Source: Eledone cirrhosa (Eukaryota). From it: a stretch of 64,000 bases of DNA. A program made the translations under genes and the position numbers. Location: contig OZ024746.1 in NCBI GenBank assembly GCA_964016885.1, positions 57,102,001-57,166,000 of the forward strand, given 5' to 3'. This document shows, one piece after another, positions 14,692 through 27,989 of this stretch. Each line of letters starts with the position of its first letter. Positions within the stretch are counted from its first letter, which is position 1. The notes below the pieces were generated by a model. The model was not told the DNA's origin. It was given only the letters and a program-made list of their open reading frames with translations, and searched no databases.

Positions 14692-14748
14692 AATGGGATT
14701 TTTTGCCTGTAATGAAAAAGATACAAAGACTATAATATTACAAATAAT

Positions 14749-15107
14749 GTTTCTACTGTTGGCACATGGCAAGCATTATAGGTGCTTTATTTTATCGATC
14801 CCGTAAAGGATAAAAGGCAAAGTTAACCTCGGCGGGATTTGAACTCAGAACGTAAAGGGCCATAACTCCAATACTGCAAAGCATTGTGTCTGACTCTCTA
14901 CCAATAGTGCCAGATGTTGATAATGGTTTCTTATATGGACACAAGGCCAGCAATTTTTGGGGGGAGGGGAAAGTGGATTAAATCGACACCAGTTCGTGAC
15001 TGGTGCTTTATTTTATTGAACCCGTAATGATGAAAGGCAAAGTTAACCTCGGTGGGATTTGATCTCTACGCTGTAAAGCATGGTGTCTGACGCTCTACCG
15101 ATACTGC
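14749..15107 (-). mobile_element. Two tandem tRNA-derived SINEs (octopus-type)
   Basis: B-box GAGTTCAAATCCC and central TTTGCCTTTCATC..ACGGG.TCGATAAAATAAAG.ACC on the minus strand. Confidence 0.85.
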
Positions 15108-15339
15108 CCCCCCCCCCCACTCATTTATATTGCGTTCTCTTACTGCATTACCGAATAAAACTAGAATACGACTTGTTATTTCGGGATGTTATTGCTATTC
15201 TAATCCGAATACACCATGAAATATGTAAGCAGTGCCTAGTAGTGCTTGTTTCTGTATAATGTGTATATCTGTACGTATTGGGGTTTTGGTGAAGACCTGT
15301 GTGTGCATTTATATCTGTCAAAGAGCACATCATTTATAT

Positions 15340-16600
15340 TAATCGTTTGTTTTCACATTTGGGTTAGTTCCATATCGAGATTTTATATTTGGATACCTTC
15401 TCCAATTCCTTGATCGAACTATTATTGACTGTGGGGATAGATACGCTAATGTGAAGGTATTTCATTTCATTGTTGCCTTTGATTATAATATGTTGTCACA
15501 GATTTGATCACCCTTTCTCTGTGTATTGGCATTTTCCAAAATAAGGCTACTTTGTTATTCTCTGATGCCTTTTCTTGTCTATGACTATACCATCAATTTT
15601 CTGTTGATATTTCGTAGTGTTGGCATACGTTAGCGTGTATGTAAATACCAAATCTATTAAGTTTGTAGATATATTCTTTTATAGCTACAACCAATCAGAG
15701 ACAATGAGGTTCATTGTTTCTGCCACACATATTCTGCAGTTATATATTGTTCTGAGTGATTACGTATTTTAGATGGTTTTTGTTGGATAGTCTGTGATCT
15801 TAATCTGAAATAAGAAAACTTTCCGTCTCGGCTTTTACAGTCCAAACTCTCGTACCTAATTGTGTGTGTTTTGCATGTCTATTTCCATCTTACTCATTTT
15901 CCGTATACTGGCCTTACAAACGTTTTCTTAGAATTCCTTCAACAGGGCATTTTTACGTTTCTTTGTGGTTTGCAATTTATGTTTCAAAATGTCCGTTATT
16001 AGATTTGTTTTCATTTTCGACATAATTATCTGTCAATCCAGCTACTGTTTTGAATGTCCTTGCTTCCTTGAAGAGAGAAAACAATGTTTTACTTTGATCA
16101 TTCTTTTGAGGTTTGGCATTATCTCTCCATTATAATTCATCAGATATGTTCGTAGTTCTAAGATGGTTATTTAATAATGATTTTCTTGATACAGAACTTC
16201 CCTATCTCCCTGTGATCGTGATAGGTATAATTTATCTGCATCACATTTCGGGTGATGTTTCGTAAAGGCAGTTATTTTTCTAGTTCTTTTAATATCCAGT
16301 TTACAATACTAAAACTGTAGCTTATTCCTTACGCCGCTAATGTATTGATTACTATATCATATACTTTGAAATTAGATATGTCTTAATAAGTAATCTAATC
16401 CATTTATAGTAAACTTTTCTAATCTTCTCTTGCATTTCTTTTTTGAAACCTGTCGAGTTCATTGTTTTCTAATTATTTCTATGTCTGTGTTTTAACACAA
16501 TCTCTTCTTTCAGTAATCGCATCAAATATGGTTGTAGTTTTTCAAGATCTAGTTTTCTCTCTTTAATGTTTCCTTGGCGCATTATTTCAATTCAAATTTC
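15340..16600 (-). mobile_element. Relic of an R4/Dong-like non-LTR retrotransposon (restriction-like endonuclease C-terminus)
   Basis: The minus strand near 15480-15640 translates to HYEISTEN*WYSHRQEKASENNKVALFW.MPIH..RVIK, recalled as typical of the region before the PD..D catalytic motif. Confidence 0.6.
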
Positions 16601-16901
16601 ATGCCTATAATTTGTCACCTAAAGCTTACAGATTCAAAGCATCCATAGAGAAAGGTTGAGTAATTATCATGTCATCGCATTTATATTCAAATCTATGGAT
16701 GAAATGTATTACCTTAACGCTTGAAATACCAAGAATAGAGTTTACCTTTTCGGACACCAATCCTTCGTTCAGAAGATAGAGTTAGAAATTATAGATAAAT
16801 ATAAAATATAAAGTGATGAGAGGAAGGAACGGGGAAAATGAGAAACAATTGTGCAGAGAAAAAACGAACATGCGTATTCAGTCAGCATTGATTTGATTTA
16901 C

Positions 16902-16961
<60 letters not shown>

Positions 16962-17420
16962 TCTCCTTATTTTAATTTATATTCCTTTGAAGTTACGATG
17001 AGCCGCTCTGTTTTTAAATATATTAAATATTTTCAACTGAACCAGCTCAATGACGATGTATAGTCATCTGATTCAGAAATATTATATGGAGTAGCAAAAA
17101 AATTGTAAACGGACATTATTATTATTAATATTGTTATTATTATTATTCTCTACATTCCTTACATGAAACTAAAATAATTTGACAATCTTTTAATAATGTC
17201 TTCCTTGTGAAATTTGTGGTCTTGTTTCGCTTAACTAATGAATAATTCCAGCTCTGCGCGCCTAACTTATGCATGAACCCAGCCACCTAGATGCTTTCTA
17301 CTACATATTGCACATTGTGCACATGCCTGTACGCTTTGGCTTCTAACTAATTCTCCAATCTCTCCTCTCCTATCTCTTCTCCTATCTCCATCTCTCTCTT
17401 TAAGATTGGTAACTCTTGAA

Positions 17421-17497
<77 letters not shown>

Positions 17498-17704
17498 TAA
17501 AAGGAATTCCAACTTTGTCTGATTTACTCGTTTTATTTACAATCCTTTAACATTTATAATGGTATTAGAATGAAATAGTATGGTAGAATATTAAATGTAA
17601 TGTGTTAATTGAACAAGTACATTCATGCTTTCGCAATCTTCAGGTTCATAATGTGTGGTGACAGTAAAGTTTGAAATGTTCAACTGTCAGTTTTCCCACA
17701 CGCC

Positions 17705-17754
<50 letters not shown>

Positions 17755-17764
17755 AACCAGTAAG

Positions 17765-17858
17765 ACCCCGACAGCTGAGCTCAAGCCGTTTCGACGGCTA
17801 ATTCTGGACTAAATGAAAATTTATCCTGGTATTTAAATAGCCGATCTTCTCAAGGGGT
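17765..17858 (-). ncRNA. Hammerhead ribozyme, family A, inverted-arm copy
   Basis: Reverse complement of 20884-20977. Confidence 0.85.
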
Positions 17859-18637
17859 AATTCCATATATGGTCAAAGTGATTGTCAAAAATCAGTAGTA
17901 ATTCTGTGGTTGCAAATTAGTAGGGGAGATGGTGGCTAAACCTGCCAGTAGGAGAAAGAGGGGAGGGGGTGGAGTAGACCCAATCAAGCGTTGGTAGTGC
18001 CAGCTACAGCTGGGCATGAGGTCAAAGAAGATACAGGGGGGGGGGGGGGAGGGGGAGGAAGTCGGAACGGTAGGTAGAACAATGGGGGGGGGGTAGAAAT
18101 AGGAAAGAAAAAATACTGAGAGTGAAGAAAAGCAAATAAGTGTAAAGAAAAAAGTAAAGTAAATTAAATTCTACGACCTAGGTGTCAGGCTATTGTTAGG
18201 CGAGAATAAAATAAATAAAGAAAGAAAGAAGTAAATAAATAAATAAATAAATAAATAAGGAAATAAGTAAGAGAACTAGGTGGGACGGTAAAGGCAAGGA
18301 CCCTTTTAAGAGGTATAAGTACGTAAATGATACGGTGACGGGTCAACAAAAGGGGCCAAAATACTAAAAAGACTACCACGAAATAAACAATAAAGGTTTC
18401 CATCCCGGGCCAGCAACGACCCAGTGCAGCAAAGTGAACTTGTACGAGATAATAATTCTGAGTCCCGAGAAAAATATATACTAATGCTAACTCTAAAAGA
18501 TCTAAAACAAGCTACATGAAAGTTCGTACGAAATAAAGGTAGAATACGGAGAAATAAATTCAGAATCCACCCCGCCCAGAAGAAAAGCGAAGCAAGAAAT
18601 ACTGATAGGATTATCCCTAATAGCCAAACTCACTGAT

Positions 18638-19786
18638 ATGTTTCCTGCATTCGGTGGTGGATTGTACCGTGATGATGGGCTCCTTACCCTTAAAGGGTAC
18701 AACCCCAGTAGTACAGATCGGGTCCGGAAACAATTAATCAGATTCTTCCGCGACTGGGGATTTAAAATAACCCTACAAACGTCCCTGACCCGAGTAAACT
18801 TCCTGGACGTAACCCTCGACCTCGAAAACGACCTGTACTACCCATACAGGAAACCTAATGACAATCTGCACTACATCCACCGCCGATCAAACCATCCTAG
18901 GAACATCACAAACAACCTGGTCAAAAACATCTCCCTCCGCATATCCCGTTTGTCAGCTAATGAGCGGATATTCGATGAACATGCGCCTTATTACAACCAG
19001 GCCCTCAAGCGGAGTGGTTTCCGGGAGGAAATATCCTACTGTCCAGCTCCCATTAGCGGAACCAGCAGGAGACACCGCCGCTCACGCAATGTAACATGGT
19101 TCAATCCTCCCCACAACGCAGAGGTGACTACTCCCATCGGGAAACTATTCTTTAGGCTCATTGAAAAACACTTCCCATTACAACACCGCTACCACAACAT
19201 AATTAACAAAAATACCATCAAACTCTCTTACAGCACTACACCAAACTTCGCACAAAACATCGTCTCCTCTAACAACAAAAAACTCAACCCCGATGGCAGA
19301 AATAACCTAATTAGCAGTGGAGAACCGACCAGGAGGTGTAACTGCCCGGATAGATCTATTTGCCCACTCGACAATAGATGCAGAGACCGTAATGTGATCT
19401 ACCAGTGCAACGTGAGGACGGATACCTCCAACAAAGCCTATATAGGACTTACCGCATGTGACTTCAAGACCCGGCTATACCAACATAGACATACCTTCCG
19501 AAACCCGGCCCGGCGTCACGCCACTACACTTTCGGGCCACATATGGGACCTCAAGGACAACAACATCACCTATGATCTCACTTGGAGATTACTGTCCAGA
19601 GCCAATTCTTACACGGGAGGACGCCGTCCGTGCAATTTATGCTCGGAGGAAACTTTACAAATGCTGTTTTCGACGGACCAACTCCTAAACAAGAAAGATG
19701 AACTGGTTACTGCATGTAAACATAGATTGCGTAGGACTTACCTCGCCCTCAAACCCCATAATGACCCGGGGGGGGGGGTAGACTAG
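18638..19786 (+). CDS. 5'-truncated, uninterrupted Naiad-like PLE ORF (RT C-terminal half, CNC-CPL-C linker, GIY-YIG endonuclease)
   Basis: 382 aa with GLYRDDGL, VNFLDV, YRKP, SNHP, WFNPP, IKLSYS, CNCPDRSICPL, YIGLT, CNLC, CKH. The start is an internal Met produced by truncation. Confidence 0.9.
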   Translation: MFPAFGGGLYRDDGLLTLKGYNPSSTDRVRKQLIRFFRDWGFKITLQTSLTRVNFLDVTLDLENDLYYPYRKPNDNLHYIHRRSNHPRNITNNLVKNISLRISRLSANERIFDEHAPYYNQALKRSGFREEISYCPAPISGTSRRHRRSRNVTWFNPPHNAEVTTPIGKLFFRLIEKHFPLQHRYHNIINKNTIKLSYSTTPNFAQNIVSSNNKKLNPDGRNNLISSGEPTRRCNCPDRSICPLDNRCRDRNVIYQCNVRTDTSNKAYIGLTACDFKTRLYQHRHTFRNPARRHATTLSGHIWDLKDNNITYDLTWRLLSRANSYTGGRRPCNLCSEETLQMLFSTDQLLNKKDELVTACKHRLRRTYLALKPHNDPGGGVD

Positions 19787-20883
19787 GGCTATAACACCCC
19801 AGTTGCCGATTTTGCAATGGGTAACCCCTGCTTGCCAAGGAAGACGTAAGATCTTCTTTGTATTCTTTTATCGCTTCCTTTATTTCCTTCCCCCCTCTCT
19901 CCTTTGTCCTTCTACCCCAGCTCTTCTCCTTTGTCGGCGTCTTTTCTCGCCCACCCGAGGCTGCCCTTTGGCCCCATGTAGCCTTAGTACCCCCCCCCCT
20001 CCCCTAGTCTTTGATAGATTTGGCGGACTCCGCCCTTTATAGCAGTTGGCTTAGACCCCGGATATTTTCCCCCTTTTTCCGACCGCTCCCACTATTCTCT
20101 GTGCCCTCTATATTTCTTAGTGGCACATGCCTTATTTTTTCGTTTCAGTATTTCTTGCTTCGCTTTTCTTCTGGGCGGGGTGGATTCTGAATTTATTTCT
20201 CCGTATTCTACCTTTATTTCGTACGAACTTTCATGTAGCTTGTTTTAGATCTTTTAGAGTTAGCATTAGTATATATTTTTCTCGGGACTCAGAATTATTA
20301 TCTCGTACAAGTTCACTTTGCTGCACTGGGTCGTTGCTGGCCCGGGATGGAAACCTTTATTGTTTATTTCGTGGTAGTCTTTTTAGTATTTTGGCCCCTT
20401 TTGTTGACCCGTCACCGTATCATTTACGTACTTATACCTCTTAAAAGGGTCCTTGCCTTTACCGTCCCACCTAGTTCTCTTACTTATTTCCTTATTTATT
20501 TATTTATTTATTTATTTACTTCTTTCTTTCTTTCTTTATTTTATTCTCGCCTAACAATAGCCTGACACCTAGGTCGTAGAATTTAATTTACTTTACTTTT
20601 TTCTTTACACTTATTTGCTTTTCTTCACTCTCAGTATTTTTTCTTTCCTATTTCTACCCCCCATTGTTCTACCTACCGTTCCGACTTCCTCCCCCTCCCC
20701 CTCCCCTGTATCTTCTTTGACCTCATGCCCAGCTGTAGCTGGCACTACCAACGCTTGATTGGGTCTACTCCACCCCCTCCCCTCTTTCTCCTACTGGCAG
20801 GTTTAGCCACCATCTCCCCTACTAATTTGCAACCACAGAATTACTACTGATTTTTGACAATCACTTTGACCATATATGGAATT

Positions 20884-20977
20884 ACCCCTTGAGAAGATCG
20901 GCTATTTAAATACCAGGATAAATTTTCATTTAGTCCAGAATTAGCCGTCGAAACGGCTTGAGCTCAGCTGTCGGGGT
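20884..20977 (+). ncRNA. Hammerhead ribozyme, family A (U3-A8)
   Basis: Identical to 11825-11918; GUC at 20970-20972. Confidence 0.85.
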
Positions 20978-21092
20978 CTTACTGGTTCCTATTACCCACT
21001 CTACTACCTCAAGTATTGAGTACTTTGGTGCGTTATGGTCCACCTGGTTCCTTACCACATTTCCTTCGTTATATATATATATATATATATAT

Positions 21093-21445
21093 AAACAAAT
21101 AACGAAACGAAATTAAATTTCGCTTCGTTTGTAACTCACTTTTGTATGACTGACGCTTAAACAATTAAGTTAAAAATGTACATCTACATATGCATACTGA
21201 AATACTAGTATGCATATGAATACACACACGTATACATATGTAGATGTAACAAGTCTTTCACTGGTTACTTTACTGTGAGTAACCCAGCTATTCTGTGTGT
21301 TTACATACAGAATAGCTGGGTTACTCACAGTAAAGTAACCAGTGAAAGACTTGTTACATCTACATATGTATACGTGTGTGTATTCATATGCATACTAGTA
21401 TTTCAGTATGCATATGTAGATGTACATTTTTAACTTAATTGTTTA
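21093..21445. repeat. Non-coding foldback, family G (~140-bp arms plus one-sided tail)
   Basis: 21159-21296 is the reverse complement of ~21307-21445; extra 21093-21158 on one side only. Confidence 0.85.
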
Positions 21446-21731
21446 TATATATATATATATATATATAAATCAGGAAAGAAGAGTGACACGGTTTGCCATA
21501 CAAAGAAGGTTTTTAATCTCATTACTGACAATTGTTTCTCTGAACTGTTAGGTCTAGAGATCGCTACACGCTTGTTTTCAACCCATAAACATATATCTTC
21601 TCAGCTGGTGTCAACACAACTCCATCACCCTTGACTCTCAACAAATGAACCTAAATCCAAGAACATTTCAAAATACTACTACAGCAGAACTTTACCTTCC
21701 TCCTGTTATAATTGTAGTCAGCATGTTTTCC

Positions 21732-21779
<48 letters not shown>

Positions 21780-21996
21780 AACGATCGACTTTCGTCAAAT
21801 CGGACCGAGGGTACAATGTTTCCGTTGGCCTGTCCAATTGCTAATAGTATCTATCGGTCGCAACTCCAGGTAGAAGGAGCAACGTGAAATAAAGTGTCTT
21901 GCTCAAGGACATAACGTATCGCCTGGTCCAGGAATCGAACTCACCACCTTACGATTGCGAATCCAATTCTCTAACCACTCGGCCACACGCCTTCAC
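21780..21996 (-). mobile_element. tRNA-head SINE with CORE-like domain
   Basis: Minus strand reads GTGGCCGAGTGGTTAG..GAGTTCGATTCC..CCTTGAGCAAGACACTTTATTTCAC. Confidence 0.75.
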
Positions 21997-22029
<33 letters not shown>

Positions 22030-22513
22030 ATATATATTGCCTCCTTAACCTCTGTATTAACTTGCCTATTAAATTGCTACTCTGTTAATGTTGTCTGATA
22101 CATACCGTTATTGATGATGAGAAAGCTAGACAACCCTTTCATCTAATATAGACCGCACAAATATTGAACCTAACACCACAAATATGACTATCCTCACTAC
22201 AGTGATACATTTTTCATCTGTCAGATAATAAATGATTCTTACGGCCACCAGACCTACATTGTTTAAAGCCACGGCTTATCTTTACACTCTATATAATACA
22301 CCCATGACAGCTTTTACATGTCAATTTTATACATTTACCGCATGTCAGCTAGTTTTACATGCTAAAATCGTAGATATACTATATTTCCAACCTAGATTGA
22401 TTTTGTGATTATTTCAAACAATTTATTGCTAGCATTGTTAGTATTGTTTTTATTGTTATGATTGAATGTCATTACTACTATATACAGTAGCCATGCCTGT
22501 ATATTCCTTTCAT

Positions 22514-22634
22514 TCTCACAAGCTCCGATGAATTGACTGGTTATAACTTTGTTTTGGTGATCGAATAACGTGAAACCAAGCGGGTAGCGATCTCTAGACC
22601 TACCAGTTCAGAGAAACAATTGCCAGCAATGAGA
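22514..22634 (+). ncRNA. Hammerhead relic with ~80-nt stem II domain
   Basis: UCUCA..GCU-CCGAUGA-[UGACUGGU..ACCAGUUCA]-GAAA-CAAUUG-CC^AGC..UGAGA; the inverted copy at ~21530 keeps GUC. Confidence 0.6.
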
Positions 22635-23003
22635 TTAAAAACCTTTTTTGCATAGCAAACCATGTCACTCTTCTGTCCTGTTTTATCATTACTCCAAGTG
22701 TTTACAACATTAGAATTACAGCGTACTCGCAACATCACTATGGAAACGCCTTGTTGAGTCAACACTTAGCCAAGCCTTGATATAATCCACTACCAGGAGT
22801 AACATAACTGGACTACACTTAAGTGGACTACCTATAACAATAATCTGTTATCACGTATATGTATATATATATATATATGGAGGAGGTTATAGTTCACTTG
22901 AAGCATTGTGTAATGAGGTATAAACGTTTGTATATGTATAATCAAGCCAAAACAATGCAGGTGTGGACATAGAATAAAGAATGCAAATATATATATATAT
23001 ATA

Positions 23004-23043
23004 TGCGTTATGGTCCACCTGGTTCCTTACCACATTTCTTCCG

Positions 23044-23107
<64 letters not shown>

Positions 23108-23299
23108 GGAAGAAATGTGGTAAGGAACCAGGTGGACTATAACGAACCAAAGTACTCAATACTTAGGGTAGTAGGGTGGGTAATAGGTACGAGTAGGACC
23201 CCGACGGCTGAGCTGAAGCCGTTTCGACGGCTAATTCTGGTCCAGAATTAGCCGTCGAAACGACTTGAGCTCAGCCGTCGGGGTCCTACTCGTTCTTAT
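23004..23299. mobile_element. Family A 3'-terminal fragment (23004-23045), (TA)n, then a miniature foldback (23107-23299)
   Basis: Matches the family A tail; symmetry centre TTCTGGTCCAGAA near 23240. Confidence 0.85.
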
Positions 23300-23308
23300 A
23301 GATATTTA

Positions 23309-23440
<132 letters not shown>

Positions 23441-23482
23441 TACACATATATATATATGCATATGTATATATATATATGTATA

Positions 23483-23584
<102 letters not shown>

Positions 23585-23937
23585 CATATATATATAGCTG
23601 TAGAAATTAGTGGTGACGTCTATGAGGCCAGGCTGTGTCGGTCATTGCCTTTCCCTTGGACATCATTGGTGGTATGAAGCGGTTTGTATGCATGTGCGAC
23701 TGCTGGTCTTCCACAAACCACCTTCTCTGGACATGTGCCTCAGAGGGAAACTTTCTGGGTGCAAATTCCATGGTCATTCGTGACCAAAGGGGTTCTTTAC
23801 CCTTTACCTGTAACACCATAATTCGCGCAACCGCATTGCGTACATTGAAGCTGGCGATGTTATGATTCATTTTCTGTTCGTGTTATGTATCTGTGTGGGA
23901 TTTCTGTGAAGGCTATCTATATGAATACTATAATAAT

Positions 23938-24115
23938 TGTTTCTACTTTAGGCACAAGGCCAGCAATTATCTCAGTGCATTACTGGTACTTCATGTTATC
24001 GACCCCGTAAGGATGAAAGGCAAAGTTATCCTCGGCGGGATTTGAACTCAGACTGTAAATGGCCGTAACTCGATTCTGCTAAGCATGTTATCCAACCCTC
24101 TACCGATACAGCCAT
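23938..24115 (-). mobile_element. tRNA-derived SINE
   Basis: Same family as 47459-47636. Confidence 0.85.
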
Positions 24116-26027
24116 CCACCGGTTTGAATACTATAATAATCATCCTCATTTACCTTTACTTCTATTATTTCCCCTCTGTGTCTCTGCATGATTGATGTTC
24201 TGACTCTTTTCCGCTTTCTCTCTCTGTCATTTTCCATATCCATGTCTTTTTGTATTCTTCGCACTGACTTGATTGGCGTCATAAATCCTCGATGAATCGA
24301 TGGATGAAGCATTTACCAAATTGATTTTCACGCATATTTTAGCTAGTAGACCATAAGAACGTATTCAATACGATATTGCAATTTGAAGAAATTATACAAT
24401 GTTTCTTCTTTCTGAATATCATTTGATGTGGTTCTCCACCGAACGTATTTCCTCAAAGAAAGACATTTTTTTTCCAGAATTCGATTTACGTGGAATTATC
24501 ACAATGAATATCCGTCAACGTGATCGCTCGACTTTGTAGACATAGAGACGAAAACGCTCCCAATTATATATATGCAATATTAAAAGAAGACGAAAGGCAC
24601 GTTATATAATGTAATTATAGATGAATATACGGAATAGTAAATGGTGGAATGACATGAGACAACAACACTCACAATCCATAATATACCACATCAAATTATG
24701 GGTGTCTACTGAATAGTCTTGCTAAATAAACTGACAAATCTTCAACAAGCTACATCATATCTTACTAATATTGGAAGAATACTGAAATCAGTAAAACTAT
24801 CGGTAATGTTAAGTTCGTCGTGAGTTGATCGACCACCAATAAGTCGTTTAATGTAGACAAAGGGCGTATTACATAGAATACCCATATATTGGGGTGGGGA
24901 AATATGGTCGCTGCAACATATTTTTCAGATATGGAGGTGTTTTAAGCGGTGTCTGGGATGTTCAATAATGTAGTGAGAATAGATGTTGGGGAAGGTGACA
25001 CTGATGAGTGTATATGATAAATATGACAATTGAATGCGGGGGACTACATGTAAAATCTTCTGCAAGATATGTGTGCAAAACATGTTTCGAAATCAGCACA
25101 TCAACAATATGTGGAATGATATTGTCCTGGATGCGCATAAATCAATGAACATGGGTGACTTGCAGTTGAAACATCTTTAACCACAAGGTAGCTAGTCAAA
25201 AGTTTATATTGGCTAAAGATAGCAACTATCAGTGGACACAACACAATCAAGAAACTCAATAACATCAACTACAGCATCAGAAGCTCCATCTCCCTCTTCC
25301 TTAGCAGAAACAACACCAAAACTTGAAAAAACTCTGTCTGTACTACGCAGGAGCTTTGCCAGTTTGAAATAAACTCTACAGACATGAAATGCTGTCAGTC
25401 GAGTATTTCAGTGTAGCGCATATGGTGAGTGTCTGCATATTGCTAATTTGTGAGATAAGATCGTACACCTGCTGTCATGCGTGGGAACGATCCGACTAAC
25501 AACTAAGTCCATTGTGAAACTCACCTATCCTCTATCCTTAGAGGGGCAAGACATGGGGCTTTTATCTACCTTGTAGGGATGGCGAAAACCGTCTTTTGAT
25601 GGACACGTTTAAAGTTTTGAAGGCAATCAACCGCCTTTTCTGCGAAACTCTAATTCAATTTTTCAGCGTACAGCGGGAAATACTGACTTTCTACCAATTT
25701 GTTGAAAGGTGGAAATCGGAGGTGAGCATGGTTTGAGAGCATGGCCTTGCTTTGAGTAAGCATCTATAAATTGGAAGACGCCTAAGAGAGGTCATTCGCC
25801 CTAGCGGTCATATTTACTGTGTCATTGTGTGGTTTTTATCCCCAATTAACCCTCAGAGATGTCCTCAGTTTTGGAGAATTATTTTATTGATTTAAAAAAA
25901 AATAATAATAAACATTTTTAAACAAAAACCCGCACTCTACCGTTGTGTGTGGTTTTTATTGTCCTGTTAATATGAGCCCTCTGCAACTATTAAAGAAATC
26001 AGTATTACTATTATCATTATTATTTGG

Positions 26028-26670
26028 ACGGTGGGTTGACAGAATCGGTGGAGCACGACGAATATGCTTTACGGCTTAGAGTTACGGCCCTTTGGGCTCT
26101 AAGTTCAAATCCCGCCCATCTTAGTTTTGGTTTTTCATATTTACGAGGTTGAAAAAATAAAGTACTAGTCACGTACTGGGTCCCATTTAATCGACTTTCT
26201 CCTCCCCCAGATTGTTGGTCTTGTACCTAAAATAGAAACCATTGCAGTATCGGTAGAGCGTCTGACGCCATACTTTGCAGCAAAGAATTACGGCCCTTTA
26301 TGATCTGAGTTCAAAACCCGCCGAAGTTAACTTTGCCTTTCATCCTTACGGGGTCGATAAAATAAAGTACCAGTAATGTATTGGATAATTACTGGCCTTG
26401 TGCCAAAAGCAGAAACAATTATTATTATTATTAGGGAAAAAGATTGGCTGTGTAGTTAAGGCATCGGACAATTGCTTGGGTCAACTGTCGTCTTTTGCGG
26501 TCGGTAAAAGTACGAAGAAAGTACTGCACTTAGAGGCTGCCGACGTCAACTTTATCTTTGATCGTTTCTTGGTCGATAAAATGAATCACCAGTCAAGTAT
26601 TTTGGTCGATATGATTGACTTTCCTTTCCACCTAAATTGTCTACCCTTGTGCCAGAATTAGAAACAATTA
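26028..26670 (+). mobile_element. Three tandem tRNA-derived SINEs
   Basis: Units at about 26028-26240, 26243-26420 and 26440-26670, each ending AGAAAC followed by an ATT-type tail. Confidence 0.8.
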
Positions 26671-27029
26671 TTATCATTATTTTATTAGTTGCGGTATCTT
26701 CAGAAACCATTACTAACTTTAACTAGGATGACCTCGTAGGTCAATGTGCCAAGCGGATCGCTACAATGAACAGAGTAACATGAAATAGTCAACAATTTTG
26801 ATCAATTTGTCTAATGCTTTAACCACACAACTGCCTCCCCTCTTTTCTCACTTTTTAAAACATTTATATCTTCTCAGTTTAACACAATACATTCGTTCTT
26901 TCTTTCTTTTCTCCCTCAATCGCTCTTTCACTCTCTCACACCCCTATTTACATGCATCGGCACACACTCAGAGCAAATGCCCCCCCCCCTTCTCTCTCTG
27001 TATATAAATATATATCACTTGTTTTATTG

Positions 27030-27096
<67 letters not shown>

Positions 27097-27155
27097 AATT
27101 GTTTCATTGTGTTATATATATGCCACTTGTTTCAATGTGTTATATATATATATAC

Positions 27156-27202
<47 letters not shown>

Positions 27203-27203
27203 C

Positions 27204-27236
<33 letters not shown>

Positions 27237-27241
27237 TATAA

Positions 27242-27301
<60 letters not shown>

Positions 27302-27819
27302 GTACATAGACACACATACATACATAGACGTGTCTGTGTATGCGATGAACTCTACTTCGTATGCTCCTCTAGCTTCTCTCCATTTATTGATCTATTTTCT
27401 GTATGTCTCTCTTTCCTTCTCTCTCTCTCAGACACACACAAACACGTTCATACACTCTCTCTCTTTATTACTGTCACCTTATATCTGTCATTCTTTCTGT
27501 CTCCCTATGTGGTTACATCTATCTCCCCCATCTCACCACTATTAAACTCTATATTATCCTGTGTTTGACCACAAGCACATTCCCTTCAAACCCAACCACA
27601 GTTCCAATCGTCTCCAATGATTCTTTTTTCAATATTTTTCTTTTCTCTTTTAAATAGTTATTTCGATAGAGAGCTTTCAAAATTAGATTGCATAATGAAA
27701 ATATAGTTGGCCAAAAATATATGCTTGACCAGTGTTCACCGATTCAAAACAATAGACTCTACGGTCAATCATGTGGAAATAATGATGAAAATAATAATAT
27801 TAATAACAGTTAATGATAA

Positions 27820-27975
27820 CTATTTCTTTTATAGGTACAAGGCCAGCAATTTTAGTGGAGGGAAAAGTCGATTAAATCGACCCTAATATGTGACTGGCAT
27901 TTTATTTTATCGAACCAGTAAGGACGAAAAGAAAAACGAATCTCCGCGGGATTTGAACTAACAACGTAAAGAGCC
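27820..27975 (-). mobile_element. tRNA-derived SINE, partial
   Basis: ACAAGGCCAGCAATTTT..GTCGATTAAATCGACCC..GGGATTTGAACT. Confidence 0.8.
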
Positions 27976-27989
27976 AAACCCCTGAAATA

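Larger units (their letters stand above)
17752..21071. mobile_element. Naiad-like PLE family A, second foldback (minus arm 17752-18604, plus arm 18605-21071)
   Basis: The minus arm is the reverse complement of the 3' UTR at ~20144-20991; flanked by (TA)n; same end points as the 6.8-12.0 kb copy. Confidence 0.95.
21468..22855. mobile_element. Family D-related 3' UTR (plus, ~22040-22855) with an inverted short arm (21468-21580), interrupted by a SINE
   Basis: 21470-21580 is the reverse complement of 22571-22681; 22690-22765 resembles 37842-37915. Confidence 0.7.

Noticed and set aside
19330-19786. Selenocysteine/SECIS usage, as reported for some Naiad PLEs
   Set aside because: The conserved linker and endonuclease cysteines of the family A and C ORFs are ordinary Cys codons, none of the A, C or D ORFs has an in-frame TGA there, and the family A stop is TAA at a Lys codon. 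No convincing SECIS was seen.
21900-21996. tRNA gene
   Set aside because: It is a tRNA-like SINE head followed by a CORE-like domain; no full cloverleaf.
24700-25860. Possible decayed non-LTR element
   Set aside because: Too degenerate to assign from sequence alone.
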